From assembly GCA_041600755.1 (NCBI GenBank), contig JBFIJL010000001.1, positions 122,896 to 186,895 on the forward strand: a stretch of DNA of 64,000 bases, read 5' to 3'. Source of the stretch: Candidatus Saccharimonadales bacterium (GTDB lineage Bacteria; Patescibacteriota; Saccharimonadia; Saccharimonadales; JAXHNE01). The position numbers and the translations under genes are program-made. Position 1 is the stretch's first letter. Every line of letters begins with the position of its first letter. Positions 1 to 9,393 of the stretch are shown piece by piece. A model generated the notes under the pieces. That model did no database searches. It saw only the letters and a program-made list of their open reading frames with translations, and was not told the origin of the DNA.

Positions 1-840
1 TTACCAACTGGCATAAAGGTTCAAGTGGCCCATCAAAACTGCCCGGTACCAGCGTCTGCACTTTATCCTAGAGTGTGCGGTAGTGGCGAGAACGGTGAAC
101 CTATATCACTAAAAAATAGCGCCCGTATATACGGCGAAGTTCAGGGAACAAACCAGACCACCGGATCAGGCATGTCAAACCCAGGCCTGGTTGCTGGCAG
201 TCCGCCAGCAATTGAACTGCCAGAGTATGACAGAGACGCACAGAAGGCCGCAGTAACGTCCACAATGACCGGCTCACAGGCAAGCTGCAGTCTTGGCATC
301 AAGAATTGGCCAGCTAACCTTAAAATTACTGGGGATGTGACAATTAGCAACCTGTGTACCGTTAATGTACAAGGTCCCGTCTGGATTACGGGAGATCTGT
401 CTGTGCGCAATATTGGAACAATGAACGTTGGTCTTGGCGTGTCAGAAAAACCAGTAATCATGGTTGATGGATCGGATGGCGTCGAACTTAGAAATGCCGG
501 ATCGATGCTTCCAAACTTGGGTCTTGTTGGATTTAGAGTAATAACCTACTACAGCCGTGCTAGCTGCTCGCCAGATTGCGCAAATGTAACCGGCACAGAT
601 CTATACAACAGCCAGAACGACACCACCATTCAGCTTAGAAATGCCTCAACTGCACCGTTTAGTGAATTTTATGCTCGCTGGTCCAAGCTTGAAGTCGATA
701 ACTCTGGAAACGTTGGAGCGGTGGTAGGTCAACAGATAGATTTGTCTAATGCGGCGGCCATAACATTCGGAACTAGCGTGAGTGACCTAGATACACCATC
801 AGCATGGGTTATAAAATCCTATAAACGAGTATTTAATTAG
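1..840 (+). CDS. C-terminal fragment of a secreted Cys-containing protein upstream of pilMNO (5' end lies outside the window)
   Basis: Frame 1 is open from nt 1 with no stop before the GTG at 25; stop TAG at 838-840. No catalytic motif recognised. A pilus-associated role is inferred only from its position upstream of pilM. Confidence 0.45.
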   Translation, partial: LPTGIKVQVAHQNCPVPASALYPRVCGSGENGEPISLKNSARIYGEVQGTNQTTGSGMSNPGLVAGSPPAIELPEYDRDAQKAAVTSTMTGSQASCSLGIKNWPANLKITGDVTISNLCTVNVQGPVWITGDLSVRNIGTMNVGLGVSEKPVIMVDGSDGVELRNAGSMLPNLGLVGFRVITYYSRASCSPDCANVTGTDLYNSQNDTTIQLRNASTAPFSEFYARWSKLEVDNSGNVGAVVGQQIDLSNAAAITFGTSVSDLDTPSAWVIKSYKRVFN

Positions 841-886
841 TCTGTTTGCTATACTAATGGATAGATAAAGGTTACGCTTAGAATAC

Positions 887-1957
887 ATGTCAAAATCACT
901 TTTTTATAAAAATAAACCCCTGTTTGGACTAGATATTGGATTTAGCAGCATCAAAGTCATGCAGCTAGAAAAAGCCTCACGAAAAAAATACCACGTCACG
1001 GGATACGGAGTCACCGACTTCGACCCAACTATTTTAAAAGACGGCCTCATAGTAAAACCGATCGAACTGGCCAAGGTAGTACAGAAATTATTCAGGGATG
1101 ACATAATCGGCGAAATAACCACTCGTCGGGCCGTAATCGCAATCCCAGCCTCCAAGACCTACAACCGAGCCGTCACACTCCCGAATTTATCAAAGTCAGA
1201 GCTCAAGGCAGCAATCATGAATGAAGTAGAGCAGTACATTCCAATGCCGGTCGATGAACTCTATGTTGACCATGAAATTCTAAAAGTACGGGCCGACCAA
1301 AACGAGGTTGATGTGTTGGTAGTTGCGACGCCGCGCAACGTTGTTGATTCATACTTAGATTTCGCGGCGCTGAATGGACTGGAAGTCGCTAACATCGAAA
1401 CAACTATTTCTGCCGATAGCCGACTATTCTTTGAGGCAGAAGCCAATGACATTCCAACCGTACTTATCGACTTTGGATCCGTATCCTCCGACATAACTAT
1501 CTATGATGGAAGTTTGGTCGTTACTGGCACCGTTCCAGGTGGCGGCGACACTTTCAGTGAGCTCATTGCCAAAAAACTCAACGTCACCGACCGTGAAGCC
1601 AATATCATAAAAACTAAATACGGGCTAAGTCTAAGCAAAAAACAAGTTGAGATAACCGAGAGTCTGCAAATAATTCTTGACCAAATTGTCAAAGAAATTA
1701 AGCGCGTCATCCGATATTACGAAGAGCGTAATGATGAAAATAAAAAAATTGGACAAGTTGTTGCGCTAGGTGGAGGCTCAAATATGCCAGGACTTGCCGA
1801 CTACATGACTAGTGCGCTTCGACTTCCAGTACGAAGTTGTGACCCCTGGCAAGTACTACAGTTTGGAAAACTACAACCACCAAATTCCGCACAAAAATCA
1901 ATGTACATAACAGCAGCAGGTCTAGCAATCATGAATCCAAAGGATATATACTCATGA
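887..1957 (+). CDS. pilM: Type IV pilus assembly ATPase-like protein PilM
   Basis: 356 aa. N-terminal GLDIGFSSIKVMQL actin-like fold motif typical of PilM. TGA stop overlaps the next ATG (ATGA). Confidence 0.85.
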   Translation: MSKSLFYKNKPLFGLDIGFSSIKVMQLEKASRKKYHVTGYGVTDFDPTILKDGLIVKPIELAKVVQKLFRDDIIGEITTRRAVIAIPASKTYNRAVTLPNLSKSELKAAIMNEVEQYIPMPVDELYVDHEILKVRADQNEVDVLVVATPRNVVDSYLDFAALNGLEVANIETTISADSRLFFEAEANDIPTVLIDFGSVSSDITIYDGSLVVTGTVPGGGDTFSELIAKKLNVTDREANIIKTKYGLSLSKKQVEITESLQIILDQIVKEIKRVIRYYEERNDENKKIGQVVALGGGSNMPGLADYMTSALRLPVRSCDPWQVLQFGKLQPPNSAQKSMYITAAGLAIMNPKDIYS

Positions 1958-2664
1958 TCAACCTGCTGCCGAATGAGGTTCGATCTGGGAACAGCTACGG
2001 ATTAAAAAATCGTGTTCTTGTTAGCTGGGTGTTTGCTTTTATTGTTAGTATTGCTGGAATCTGGGCGATTATTGTTTTTGGCCATATGCAAATCAACCAA
2101 GCTATTGCGTCCGAAAAGCTACAAATTTCACAGTCAGAAAAAAGACTGCAAGATCAAGACCTTGATGGAACAAAAAATGACATAGATTCTATCGATTCAA
2201 GCATCAAACTTGCTCTAAAAGTACTTGAGCAAAAGCTTTTATTTTCTAAGCTCCTTCAGCAAATTGGAGCCGTGATGCCGGAAGGCACAGTCCTTCAAGG
2301 CATCGGTCTTCAAGAAATAAAAGGTGGAATTTCGCTAATTGCTCTAGCCGAAACCTATCAAGCTGGAACTCAGATTCAAATAAACATAGCAGATGAATCT
2401 AATAATGTATTTAAGCAGGCGGACATTATAAACATTGCTTGTGGGGAGCCCGAGAATTCAGCAAACCCTCAATATCCTTGCACCGTAAATATCCAAGCAC
2501 TATTCTCTGATGACAACGCATTTTTATTCATCAATCAAAACGATGCAGTCAGTGCGGAGACTCAATCTAAAAATAATGCAATTATCGAGAAATCCCTAGA
2601 GGATGATTCAGTCACCCTCCCGCCAGTCATAGAGCCATCAACCAATGGAGATCAGAATGAATAG
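1954..2664 (+). CDS. pilN: Type IV pilus assembly protein PilN-like, with a long C-terminal extension
   Basis: Starts MINLLPNEV (the PilN INLLP signature), followed by one TM helix. Translationally coupled to pilM. Confidence 0.65.
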   Translation: MINLLPNEVRSGNSYGLKNRVLVSWVFAFIVSIAGIWAIIVFGHMQINQAIASEKLQISQSEKRLQDQDLDGTKNDIDSIDSSIKLALKVLEQKLLFSKLLQQIGAVMPEGTVLQGIGLQEIKGGISLIALAETYQAGTQIQINIADESNNVFKQADIINIACGEPENSANPQYPCTVNIQALFSDDNAFLFINQNDAVSAETQSKNNAIIEKSLEDDSVTLPPVIEPSTNGDQNE

Positions 2665-3238
2665 TAAGCGGCTTTACTACACCTGCAGTGGATTGCTGGT
2701 TCTTCTTTCGATTGGCAGCATTGCAAGTGCTTATTTTGGCTACAATACACTCGTTGCAAAAAGCAAGACACTTACAGGCCTCAAAGTTACTTCATCTTCG
2801 TTTGAAGAACAAGAGCGGTCGCTCATTAAGGCAAAGTCAGACATAAGTGAATACCGACAGCTGCAACAGGTTGCTGAGTCAATCGTCCCTCAAGAAAAGG
2901 ATCAAGCCAGAACGGTGCGCGAGCTCGTAGCTCTCGCAGAAGCTTCTAATATTAAAATATCCGGACTAAGTTTCCCTACATCAACGCTTGGTTCAGAAAA
3001 ATCTACTACAACCGGACCGACACAGCTCAAGAAGGTTGAAGGCATACCTGGGCTGTCACAACTTGAGATAACGGTTAGCTCCGACACAGCAGCAAGGTTT
3101 GAAACTATCATTGATTTCCTGGCTAGACTTGAAAACAACCGACGCACGTCTGCAATATCGTCGATATCCATTACGCCCGAGCAAGATAGTGGATTGTTAA
3201 AATTTAACTTCTCGGTACAGGTATACATAAAACAATGA
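2645..3238 (+). CDS. pilO: PilO-like pilus assembly protein
   Basis: 197 aa with an N-terminal TM helix and coiled-coil region. Sits third in the pilM-pilN operon and overlaps pilN by 20 nt. Confidence 0.5.
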   Translation: MEIRMNSKRLYYTCSGLLVLLSIGSIASAYFGYNTLVAKSKTLTGLKVTSSSFEEQERSLIKAKSDISEYRQLQQVAESIVPQEKDQARTVRELVALAEASNIKISGLSFPTSTLGSEKSTTTGPTQLKKVEGIPGLSQLEITVSSDTAARFETIIDFLARLENNRRTSAISSISITPEQDSGLLKFNFSVQVYIKQ

Positions 3239-3522
3239 GACTTCCCGCACAAACCACCAAGTTAACATCTTTCATAGTCAGGTTTAGGTTCATGATTTTT
3301 GTTTTATTATTTGCTTCAATTTATGCATTTTTAATTTTATCAATAGATTCACTCAGCTCAGCAACACCTTCATCGACTGCGGTTGATGAAGAATTAAAGA
3401 CCGTTAAAAGATTGAATGTAAGCCAAGAATCTATAGATAGAATGCTGAAACTCAGTGAAGAGAATATTGAAGTAAAATCGCTGTTCGACGAGGCCCGAAA
3501 CAATCCATTCGCAGAACAATAG
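3235..3522 (+). CDS. Small single-pass membrane protein, last gene of the pil operon
   Basis: 95 aa. ATGA overlap with pilO and a hydrophobic N-terminal segment. Confidence 0.4.
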   Translation: MRLPAQTTKLTSFIVRFRFMIFVLLFASIYAFLILSIDSLSSATPSSTAVDEELKTVKRLNVSQESIDRMLKLSEENIEVKSLFDEARNNPFAEQ

Positions 3523-3527
3523 ATTTG

Positions 3528-4112
3528 CTAGTTACCGTATAGCTCTAGGTTCTTTTCGTGCGCGCCAACCATCATCTTGGCAAAATGATAAGGGTTTGGA
3601 GCATAAGTAAACGTGTAATTCTGCTGTTCGCCCGCAGTCTCAACAACAATAGTTCCGTACTTAAAAATACGAGCCAGTACGCCATTTTGGGTTACGGTCA
3701 CGTCCTGGACATCTCCAATGCCCAGCTGTGATATCTTGCGATTAAATAGTGTCAGATACAATACTTGAGCAATTTTTTCATTAGTAACGAGCATGACGTT
3801 ACTGCTGTAGATAAACCCAGCGATGGCCGTAACTCCAAGCGCCAATAAACTTAGAATTAATCCTACAAAAACTATTATTCCACGGTATTGATCCATGGTG
3901 CCAGTGAGGGTAGAGAATTCAGCCTCAATGAACCATGCACTAAGAAGGCAAGCCGTAAACAGAACCACTGAAACGATAATCCCCGATAGATACACAATGA
4001 AAAGACCAAACGGATGCTTGCGAATCTCGCAAATAAGCTCTTCGTTTTCATCAAACTCTATAACTTCGAATAGCCTTTTGCCAATTTTAGATAAATTCTT
4101 TGGGTCAATCAT
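3528..4112 (-). CDS. Membrane protein with bacterial PH (bPH_2/YdbT-like) domain
   Basis: 194 aa with two TM helices followed by a YGTIVVETAGEQ...FTYAPNP segment resembling bPH_2 domains. Confidence 0.5.
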   Translation of the reverse strand: MIDPKNLSKIGKRLFEVIEFDENEELICEIRKHPFGLFIVYLSGIIVSVVLFTACLLSAWFIEAEFSTLTGTMDQYRGIIVFVGLILSLLALGVTAIAGFIYSSNVMLVTNEKIAQVLYLTLFNRKISQLGIGDVQDVTVTQNGVLARIFKYGTIVVETAGEQQNYTFTYAPNPYHFAKMMVGAHEKNLELYGN

Positions 4113-4136
4113 ATACTAGCTAGTATACCAGTATTT

Positions 4137-5192
4137 TTAAACCAAAGACTGCTGATCATTAGTGTCTTTTGCTGGCTTTTTCCCCATGTGGTCATACGCT
4201 CGACGAGTCAACTTGCGACCTCGAGGAGTGCGCTCCAAAAACCCAATCTGCATAAGATAAGGTTCGTAAAAATCCTCGACAGTACTCACTTCATCTCCAA
4301 GCACTGCCGCCAAGGTATTCAGGCCTACTGGACCGCCACCGTGATGATCAATAATTGAGCTCAGCAGCATGCGGTCAGCATTATCCAGTCCAAGTTCGTC
4401 GATTTCCAGTAGGTCAAATGCCTCCTGGCTAATAACCGCATCGATAATGCCATCCCCATTCACGTCGGCAAAGTCACGCACTCGCTTTAAAAGTCGGTTA
4501 GCGATACGTGGCGTAAGGCGTGATCTTGTAGCTAGCAGTTCTGCGGCACCAGGCTTCATAATACTATCCAAAATCGATGCCGACCTTTGCACAATTTTCG
4601 CAATTTCTTCTGGCTTGTAGTACTCAAGTCTATGAAGCATGCCAAACCTATCACGTAGTGGTGCAGCCAATGCGCCTGTTCGAGTCGTTGCACCAATCAA
4701 GGTGAATTTTGGCACATCAAGCCGTAAACTACGTGCGCTCGGGCCCTTGCCCAACATAATATCGATCGCATAATCTTCCATGGCGCTGTACAGCACCTCT
4801 TCTACGCTACGATTCAAGCGGTGAATCTCATCAATGAATAGCACATCGCCATCGCCAAGGTTAGTCAGTATGCTGGCAAGGTCTGCAGCTCGGTCAATTG
4901 CCGGTCCACTAGTTACGCGAATCTGCGCACCCATCTCATTGGCTATAATCTGAGCCAACGTCGTTTTGCCGAGCCCTGGAGGGCCATACAGCAAGACATG
5001 ATCCATTGGTTCATCACGCTTCTTGGCAGCATCGATGGCAACCTGTAAGTTCTTTTTTATATGTTCTTGACCAGTGTATTCACTTAGTGATGTCGGGCGA
5101 AGTACATTTTCGATTCTTTGTTCGTCTTGCTGACTTTCATCAGCAGGATCGTCGCTCAACTGTCCTGGATCTACTATTCGTTCTATAGCCAT
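4137..5192 (-). CDS. ruvB: Holliday junction branch migration helicase RuvB
   Basis: [22 protein letters not shown] Walker A, DEIHRL, and RuvB C-terminal winged helix. Confidence 0.95.
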   Translation of the reverse strand: MAIERIVDPGQLSDDPADESQQDEQRIENVLRPTSLSEYTGQEHIKKNLQVAIDAAKKRDEPMDHVLLYGPPGLGKTTLAQIIANEMGAQIRVTSGPAIDRAADLASILTNLGDGDVLFIDEIHRLNRSVEEVLYSAMEDYAIDIMLGKGPSARSLRLDVPKFTLIGATTRTGALAAPLRDRFGMLHRLEYYKPEEIAKIVQRSASILDSIMKPGAAELLATRSRLTPRIANRLLKRVRDFADVNGDGIIDAVISQEAFDLLEIDELGLDNADRMLLSSIIDHHGGGPVGLNTLAAVLGDEVSTVEDFYEPYLMQIGFLERTPRGRKLTRRAYDHMGKKPAKDTNDQQSLV

Positions 5193-5195
5193 GAA

Positions 5196-5765
5196 TTATC
5201 CTTTTAGAGCCTGTTTAATTCTATCCTCAACCGAGAGACTAGGATCAATTACTCTGAGTTTTTCAACTGCATCATTACTAGAATACCCAAGTGACACAAG
5301 TGCTTGAACCGCCTCATCCGTAGTTGGCGCCTGTGCCAAGAAATCGGTTGCATCTTCACTAGATTCAAGACCAACTTTATTTTTCAGATCAACCACAATT
5401 CGCTCTGCTACTTTTTTACCTACGCCTTTTGCGGCTGTAATAAACTTCACGTCTCCATTAGCGATTGCAGCGCGCACCTGCCCTTCGGTGCCAATATTCA
5501 TAATTGCCATACCAGCCTTAGGTCCAACTCCATTGACACTAGTTAAAAGCAAAAATAATAGTTTTCGCAACTTGGTGCTAAAACCATACAAATCATGGTG
5601 ACCTTCTTTGATGCTCTCAGCAATGAATAAATCAGCACTGGAACCAATCGGCAGCATAGACTGCTCGTCTACCGCCACCACAACGCCATAGCCAACACCA
5701 CCGCAGTCAATAACTACTTGCGACCCATCATGTTCTATCACCTGCCCTCTAAGTCGTGAAATCAT
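5196..5765 (-). CDS. ruvA: Holliday junction DNA-binding protein RuvA
   Basis: MISRLRGQV...VIDCGGVGYGVVV N-terminus and HhH region GVGPKAGMAIM. Confidence 0.9.
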   Translation of the reverse strand: MISRLRGQVIEHDGSQVVIDCGGVGYGVVVAVDEQSMLPIGSSADLFIAESIKEGHHDLYGFSTKLRKLLFLLLTSVNGVGPKAGMAIMNIGTEGQVRAAIANGDVKFITAAKGVGKKVAERIVVDLKNKVGLESSEDATDFLAQAPTTDEAVQALVSLGYSSNDAVEKLRVIDPSLSVEDRIKQALKG

Positions 5766-5769
5766 ATAT

Positions 5770-6243
5770 CTATTCTACACGAAGGGTTGCAATATGTGTC
5801 AGTGCAGCTGCAAGTGCATCGGCACAATCATCTGGCTTGGGTTTAGACTTAAGGCCCAGTTGCACCCGTACCATTTCCTGAATCTGAGCTTTAGTTGCGC
5901 GACCATAGCCAGTCATCGCCATTTTGATCTGCAGTGGCGTGTATTCATAAATTGGTATTTTCGACTCTTCAAGCGCCAGCAATATTACACCGCGAGCCTG
6001 ACTCACCGCCATACCAGTTGTAACGTTTTGGGCAAAAAATAACGTCTCGACACTTGCGACATCTGGCTTTAACTCTTCGCACAATTCCCGCATTGAATCG
6101 TATAGCTCCTTTAGGCGACTAGCGTCAGAATCACCAATCGTAGTTCGAATCACTCCCGCATCAACCATTTTTGAGTTACGCTGCTTGTCTACTACGCCAA
6201 ACCCAATAATTCCACTCCCTGGATCTATTCCTAAAACTCTCAT
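5770..6243 (-). CDS. ruvC: Crossover junction endodeoxyribonuclease RuvC
   Basis: MRVLGIDPGSGIIGFGVV start. 157 aa, in a ruvC-ruvA-ruvB arrangement. Confidence 0.9.
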   Translation of the reverse strand: MRVLGIDPGSGIIGFGVVDKQRNSKMVDAGVIRTTIGDSDASRLKELYDSMRELCEELKPDVASVETLFFAQNVTTGMAVSQARGVILLALEESKIPIYEYTPLQIKMAMTGYGRATKAQIQEMVRVQLGLKSKPKPDDCADALAAALTHIATLRVE

Positions 6244-6608
6244 GATTTATTTCGTCGCATGCGATCCATACTGACGAAAGTGAGCGGAATAGCAGCGAAA
6301 AGACTCCAAAAGATCGTATTAATAATGAACCTGTCGTACATGAATCCATACCCACCAATCTCACCCTGTTTCACTAAATAATCTTGAAAATTATTAATCT
6401 GGTGATTGGGTCCCTCGTGTCCCTCTAATTTATACACAACAGGAAAACCTCGACCATATAATTCATAGTCTTCAAGTAACATTAGACATACGTTGCATGG
6501 GGTGGATACGTATTTCTTAATTAATTCTTTCCTTAGATAGCTAACCGAACTTAGCATTATTCCGATTACTAATGCTGTTGACATGACTCGCAACCAATGT
6601 TTTTTCAT
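6240..6608 (-). CDS. Hypothetical membrane protein between yebC and ruvC
   Basis: 122 aa with N- and C-terminal TM segments. Overlaps both neighbours by 4 nt, indicating coupling. Confidence 0.5.
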   Translation of the reverse strand: MKKHWLRVMSTALVIGIMLSSVSYLRKELIKKYVSTPCNVCLMLLEDYELYGRGFPVVYKLEGHEGPNHQINNFQDYLVKQGEIGGYGFMYDRFIINTIFWSLFAAIPLTFVSMDRMRRNKS

Positions 6609-7306
6609 GACAGGTTAGTGTAGGTGTTTACGACGTCATCTAAGTCTTCTAGTGTTTCAAGCAGTTTGACCACTTTTGCTTGCTTCTCATCATCAACTTC
6701 CACCATAGTATTGGGCTCAAATGATAGTTCTGCGTCGAGTACTTCCATGCCCGCCGCCTTGAGTGCATCCCTAACTTTTGCGAGCTCCTTCGGGTCAGTG
6801 ATAACATTCATCTCACCATTCTCTTCTGTAGCGTCTTCTGCGCCAGCATCCAGTACAGCCAAAAGTGCATCTTCGCCGGTTGCCTTAACTCGAATCACGC
6901 CTTTTTGATCAAACTGAAATGCCACCGCGCCTTTTTCGGCAATACTGCCACCGGTTTTACTAAAAGCATGACGCACCTCTGGATAAGTTCGATTGATGTT
7001 GTCGGTTGCGCATTCAATGATAATACCAACACCACCTGGACCATAGCCTTCGTAGACGACCTCTTGGAGTGCTGCAGCGTCTTTGTCGCTCACTCGTGCA
7101 ATAGACCGCTCAATATTCGCGTTTGGCATGTTTGCTGCCTTGGCCTTATCAATTGCCATTGCGAGAGAGGGGTTCATTGCTGGGTCAGCACCGGCACGAG
7201 CAGCCAGGGCAATTTGATTGCCAAGTTTTGTGAATATCGCTCCACGTTTTGCGTCTTTTGCACCCTTTTCTCGTTTGATTGTTGACCATTTACTGTGACC
7301 TGACAC
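6605..7306 (-). CDS. yebC: YebC/PmpR family DNA-binding transcriptional regulator
   Basis: SGHSKWSTIKREKGAKDAKRGAIFTKL signature. GTG at 7306 is preceded by GAGGGGAAG; the track's longest start is TTG at 7327. Confidence 0.9.
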   Translation of the reverse strand: MSGHSKWSTIKREKGAKDAKRGAIFTKLGNQIALAARAGADPAMNPSLAMAIDKAKAANMPNANIERSIARVSDKDAAALQEVVYEGYGPGGVGIIIECATDNINRTYPEVRHAFSKTGGSIAEKGAVAFQFDQKGVIRVKATGEDALLAVLDAGAEDATEENGEMNVITDPKELAKVRDALKAAGMEVLDAELSFEPNTMVEVDDEKQAKVVKLLETLEDLDDVVNTYTNLS

Positions 7307-7319
7307 GTAAGCTTCCCCT

Positions 7320-8795
7320 CTATTCAATAATATTTCTATCTGTAATTTTACCGTATTTTCGCTTTACTGCATAATGCAGCAAAATCGTAAACAAGCCCAA
7401 TAGTCCATAAACATATAACGTCGCGATAAATGAAATTTCACTTTTAAGTAGCGCTCCTGGAAAACGTGCAAACATCTGCACTACATCAAGCATATAGGTC
7501 AAAACAATCGTCGCTGGAAATCCGAAGATTCCCGACACTACTGGTGCGAACATGCCAAATACACCGGCAATTAGCGAGCCGAGCATCGCAAGCGGAACTA
7601 GCGGAACGATCAGTGCATTGCTCACTAGAGCAATCAGTGAAACTTCACCAAATATATACAAAATAAGCGGAGCGGCCATTAATTGCGCACAGACGCTCTC
7701 CAGCACAACCTGACCTATGAGCCTCTGTTCCCTGTCGCCATATAGGCGTTGTTTTACGAGTGGCGCAATCACCAACACCCCAAAGAAGGCCAAAAATGAC
7801 AAGTACCATCCTATGTCAGACCAGACATATACTGGATCCCAGTACGCAGTTAATGCAGCCGACAGCAATAGTAGCACCATCGGCTTAATGGCCCTGCCAT
7901 AATACCAAGCTAAAAGACTCAAGACACTTACTACTGCAGCGCGCACAATCGAAGCACTAAAGCCTGTAACAAAAATAAAAAGTGCAATCAATGCGAAAGA
8001 AAATGCGACTGATTGGTATTTTGAACGTTTTCCAAGCAGCCGTCGCATAATGCGCACAATAATGGTCAGATTATACCCAGAAACTGCAATAATATGCGTA
8101 AGGCCGGCAATTGACAATGCAGTGAGTATGCCACTTGGCAAGGTTGTTCGCTGGCCAATCAACAATCCTAGCCCAAAAGACGCCTGAGGTTCGGGAATTG
8201 CATTGAACATTCCGGCAACAAAACGACGACGGATATTCTCGAGCGTGCTGGTATCGGGTTGCAGCACTGTGATTGTGCCGTAACTAAACTTTGCCTGCTT
8301 CGATCCACCTGTTGGAAATAGCTTACCTTCTAGCTGCACAACATCACTGCGCGATACACTCAATGCGCCAAAACCTTGTACCCTAATCTGACCTGGAAGA
8401 GACTTCAACCCTTCTTCGGTTTGCACCTCTATGCTACCCGCATCAAAAGTTAGCTGACCGCTATCGCCGTATACTGCATCATTTAATGCAACTGCTTTTA
8501 TTAGGATTTGCTGACCATACAAATCACCGTACTGTGCGATCGACTCAAAATGTAGACTGCCACGATTCACTCCAATTACTACGCCAAAAATAACTACAGC
8601 AAGAAGACCTGTTAGACTGCGACGTGAAATTAAAACTAAGGCCGAAACGCCTGACAGTAAGATAGTAAAGCTATCGGTCTGGGTCTTTCTTCCAAGCAAC
8701 AGGCCAGCAAGTATCGCGGTACAAAACCATACAATATAAGTCGCACGATTAAACCTTCGATTCAAGCCAGAGCTCATGAGCATATTAAACACCAT
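7320..8795 (-). CDS. comEC: ComEC/Rec2 DNA internalisation channel, short form
   Basis: 491 aa polytopic protein with the competence-domain motif GLTHIIAVSGYNLTII. No HxHxDH metallo-beta-lactamase motif is visible. Confidence 0.85.
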   Translation of the reverse strand: MVFNMLMSSGLNRRFNRATYIVWFCTAILAGLLLGRKTQTDSFTILLSGVSALVLISRRSLTGLLAVVIFGVVIGVNRGSLHFESIAQYGDLYGQQILIKAVALNDAVYGDSGQLTFDAGSIEVQTEEGLKSLPGQIRVQGFGALSVSRSDVVQLEGKLFPTGGSKQAKFSYGTITVLQPDTSTLENIRRRFVAGMFNAIPEPQASFGLGLLIGQRTTLPSGILTALSIAGLTHIIAVSGYNLTIIVRIMRRLLGKRSKYQSVAFSFALIALFIFVTGFSASIVRAAVVSVLSLLAWYYGRAIKPMVLLLLSAALTAYWDPVYVWSDIGWYLSFLAFFGVLVIAPLVKQRLYGDREQRLIGQVVLESVCAQLMAAPLILYIFGEVSLIALVSNALIVPLVPLAMLGSLIAGVFGMFAPVVSGIFGFPATIVLTYMLDVVQMFARFPGALLKSEISFIATLYVYGLLGLFTILLHYAVKRKYGKITDRNIIE

Positions 8796-9144
8796 GAACT
8801 ATGTCAGAGACAATCTGATCTTGTAATGTCAGCTATGCTGTCGGAGCTGGAGGAGATGTCTGGTCGCTAGGCTCAGCAGCGACGACAGGGACAGTAGAAG
8901 CAGGTGCAGCATTATCAAATAATGAAACTGGAGCCGCAGTAGGTGATATGATTGGCGAATTTACTTGCGCTACGCTGAGTTTATTGAATCCAATCTGAAT
9001 GGGGCTTGACCTGTCTTCGGCCCGAAACTTCTACTTTGAAAGAAATATTTCGAATGAAGGTTTTCTTTCAAACTGCCACTGGCAGTTCTCCCCCACGACA
9101 TCCTTTTGGCGTGTCGCGGATTCAGGCACGAAACCTTATCAAAT

Positions 9145-9173
9145 AAAAAGACTCACCTCGGTGAGTCTTTTTA
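9145..9173 (-). terminator. Hairpin terminator after tRNA-Lys (A/T-flanked, potentially bidirectional)
   Basis: AAAAAGACTCACC-TCG-GGTGAGTCTTTTT. Confidence 0.6.
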
Positions 9174-9175
9174 TT

Positions 9176-9252
9176 TGGAGGGTCCGGTGGGACTTGAACC
9201 CACGACACCCTGCTTAAAAGGCAGGTGCTCTAACCAGCTGAGCTACGGACCC
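9176..9252 (-). tRNA. tRNA-Lys (anticodon UUU), CCA encoded
   Basis: The reverse complement folds as a cloverleaf: GGGTCCG/CGGACCC acceptor, CCTGC-CTTTTAA-GCAGG anticodon arm, GTGGG-TTCAAGT-CCCAC T-arm. Confidence 0.9.
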
Positions 9253-9393
9253 ATGGGTATTTAAGATATATTAAACTTAAAACTAACTTCTTGAATTATC
9301 CGTATTTATGCAAGAAAGTCAATAGCAGACCTTATTTGAATTAAACAAGAAAAGCTAATATACTAAGCATAACAAATTTAAAAAAGGACTTTC

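Noticed and set aside
8796-9175. Possible tmRNA, SRP RNA or 6S RNA in the 380-nt gap (GGGGCT at 9001 resembles a tmRNA 5' end), and a stop-free minus-strand frame at 8836-9030.
   Set aside because: There is no tRNA-Ala-like 3' end, no tag ORF, and no SRP domain IV (GGAA/AGCA) motifs. The open frame has no ATG, GTG or TTG start. The region is better explained as the tRNA-Lys trailer module plus the comEC promoter.
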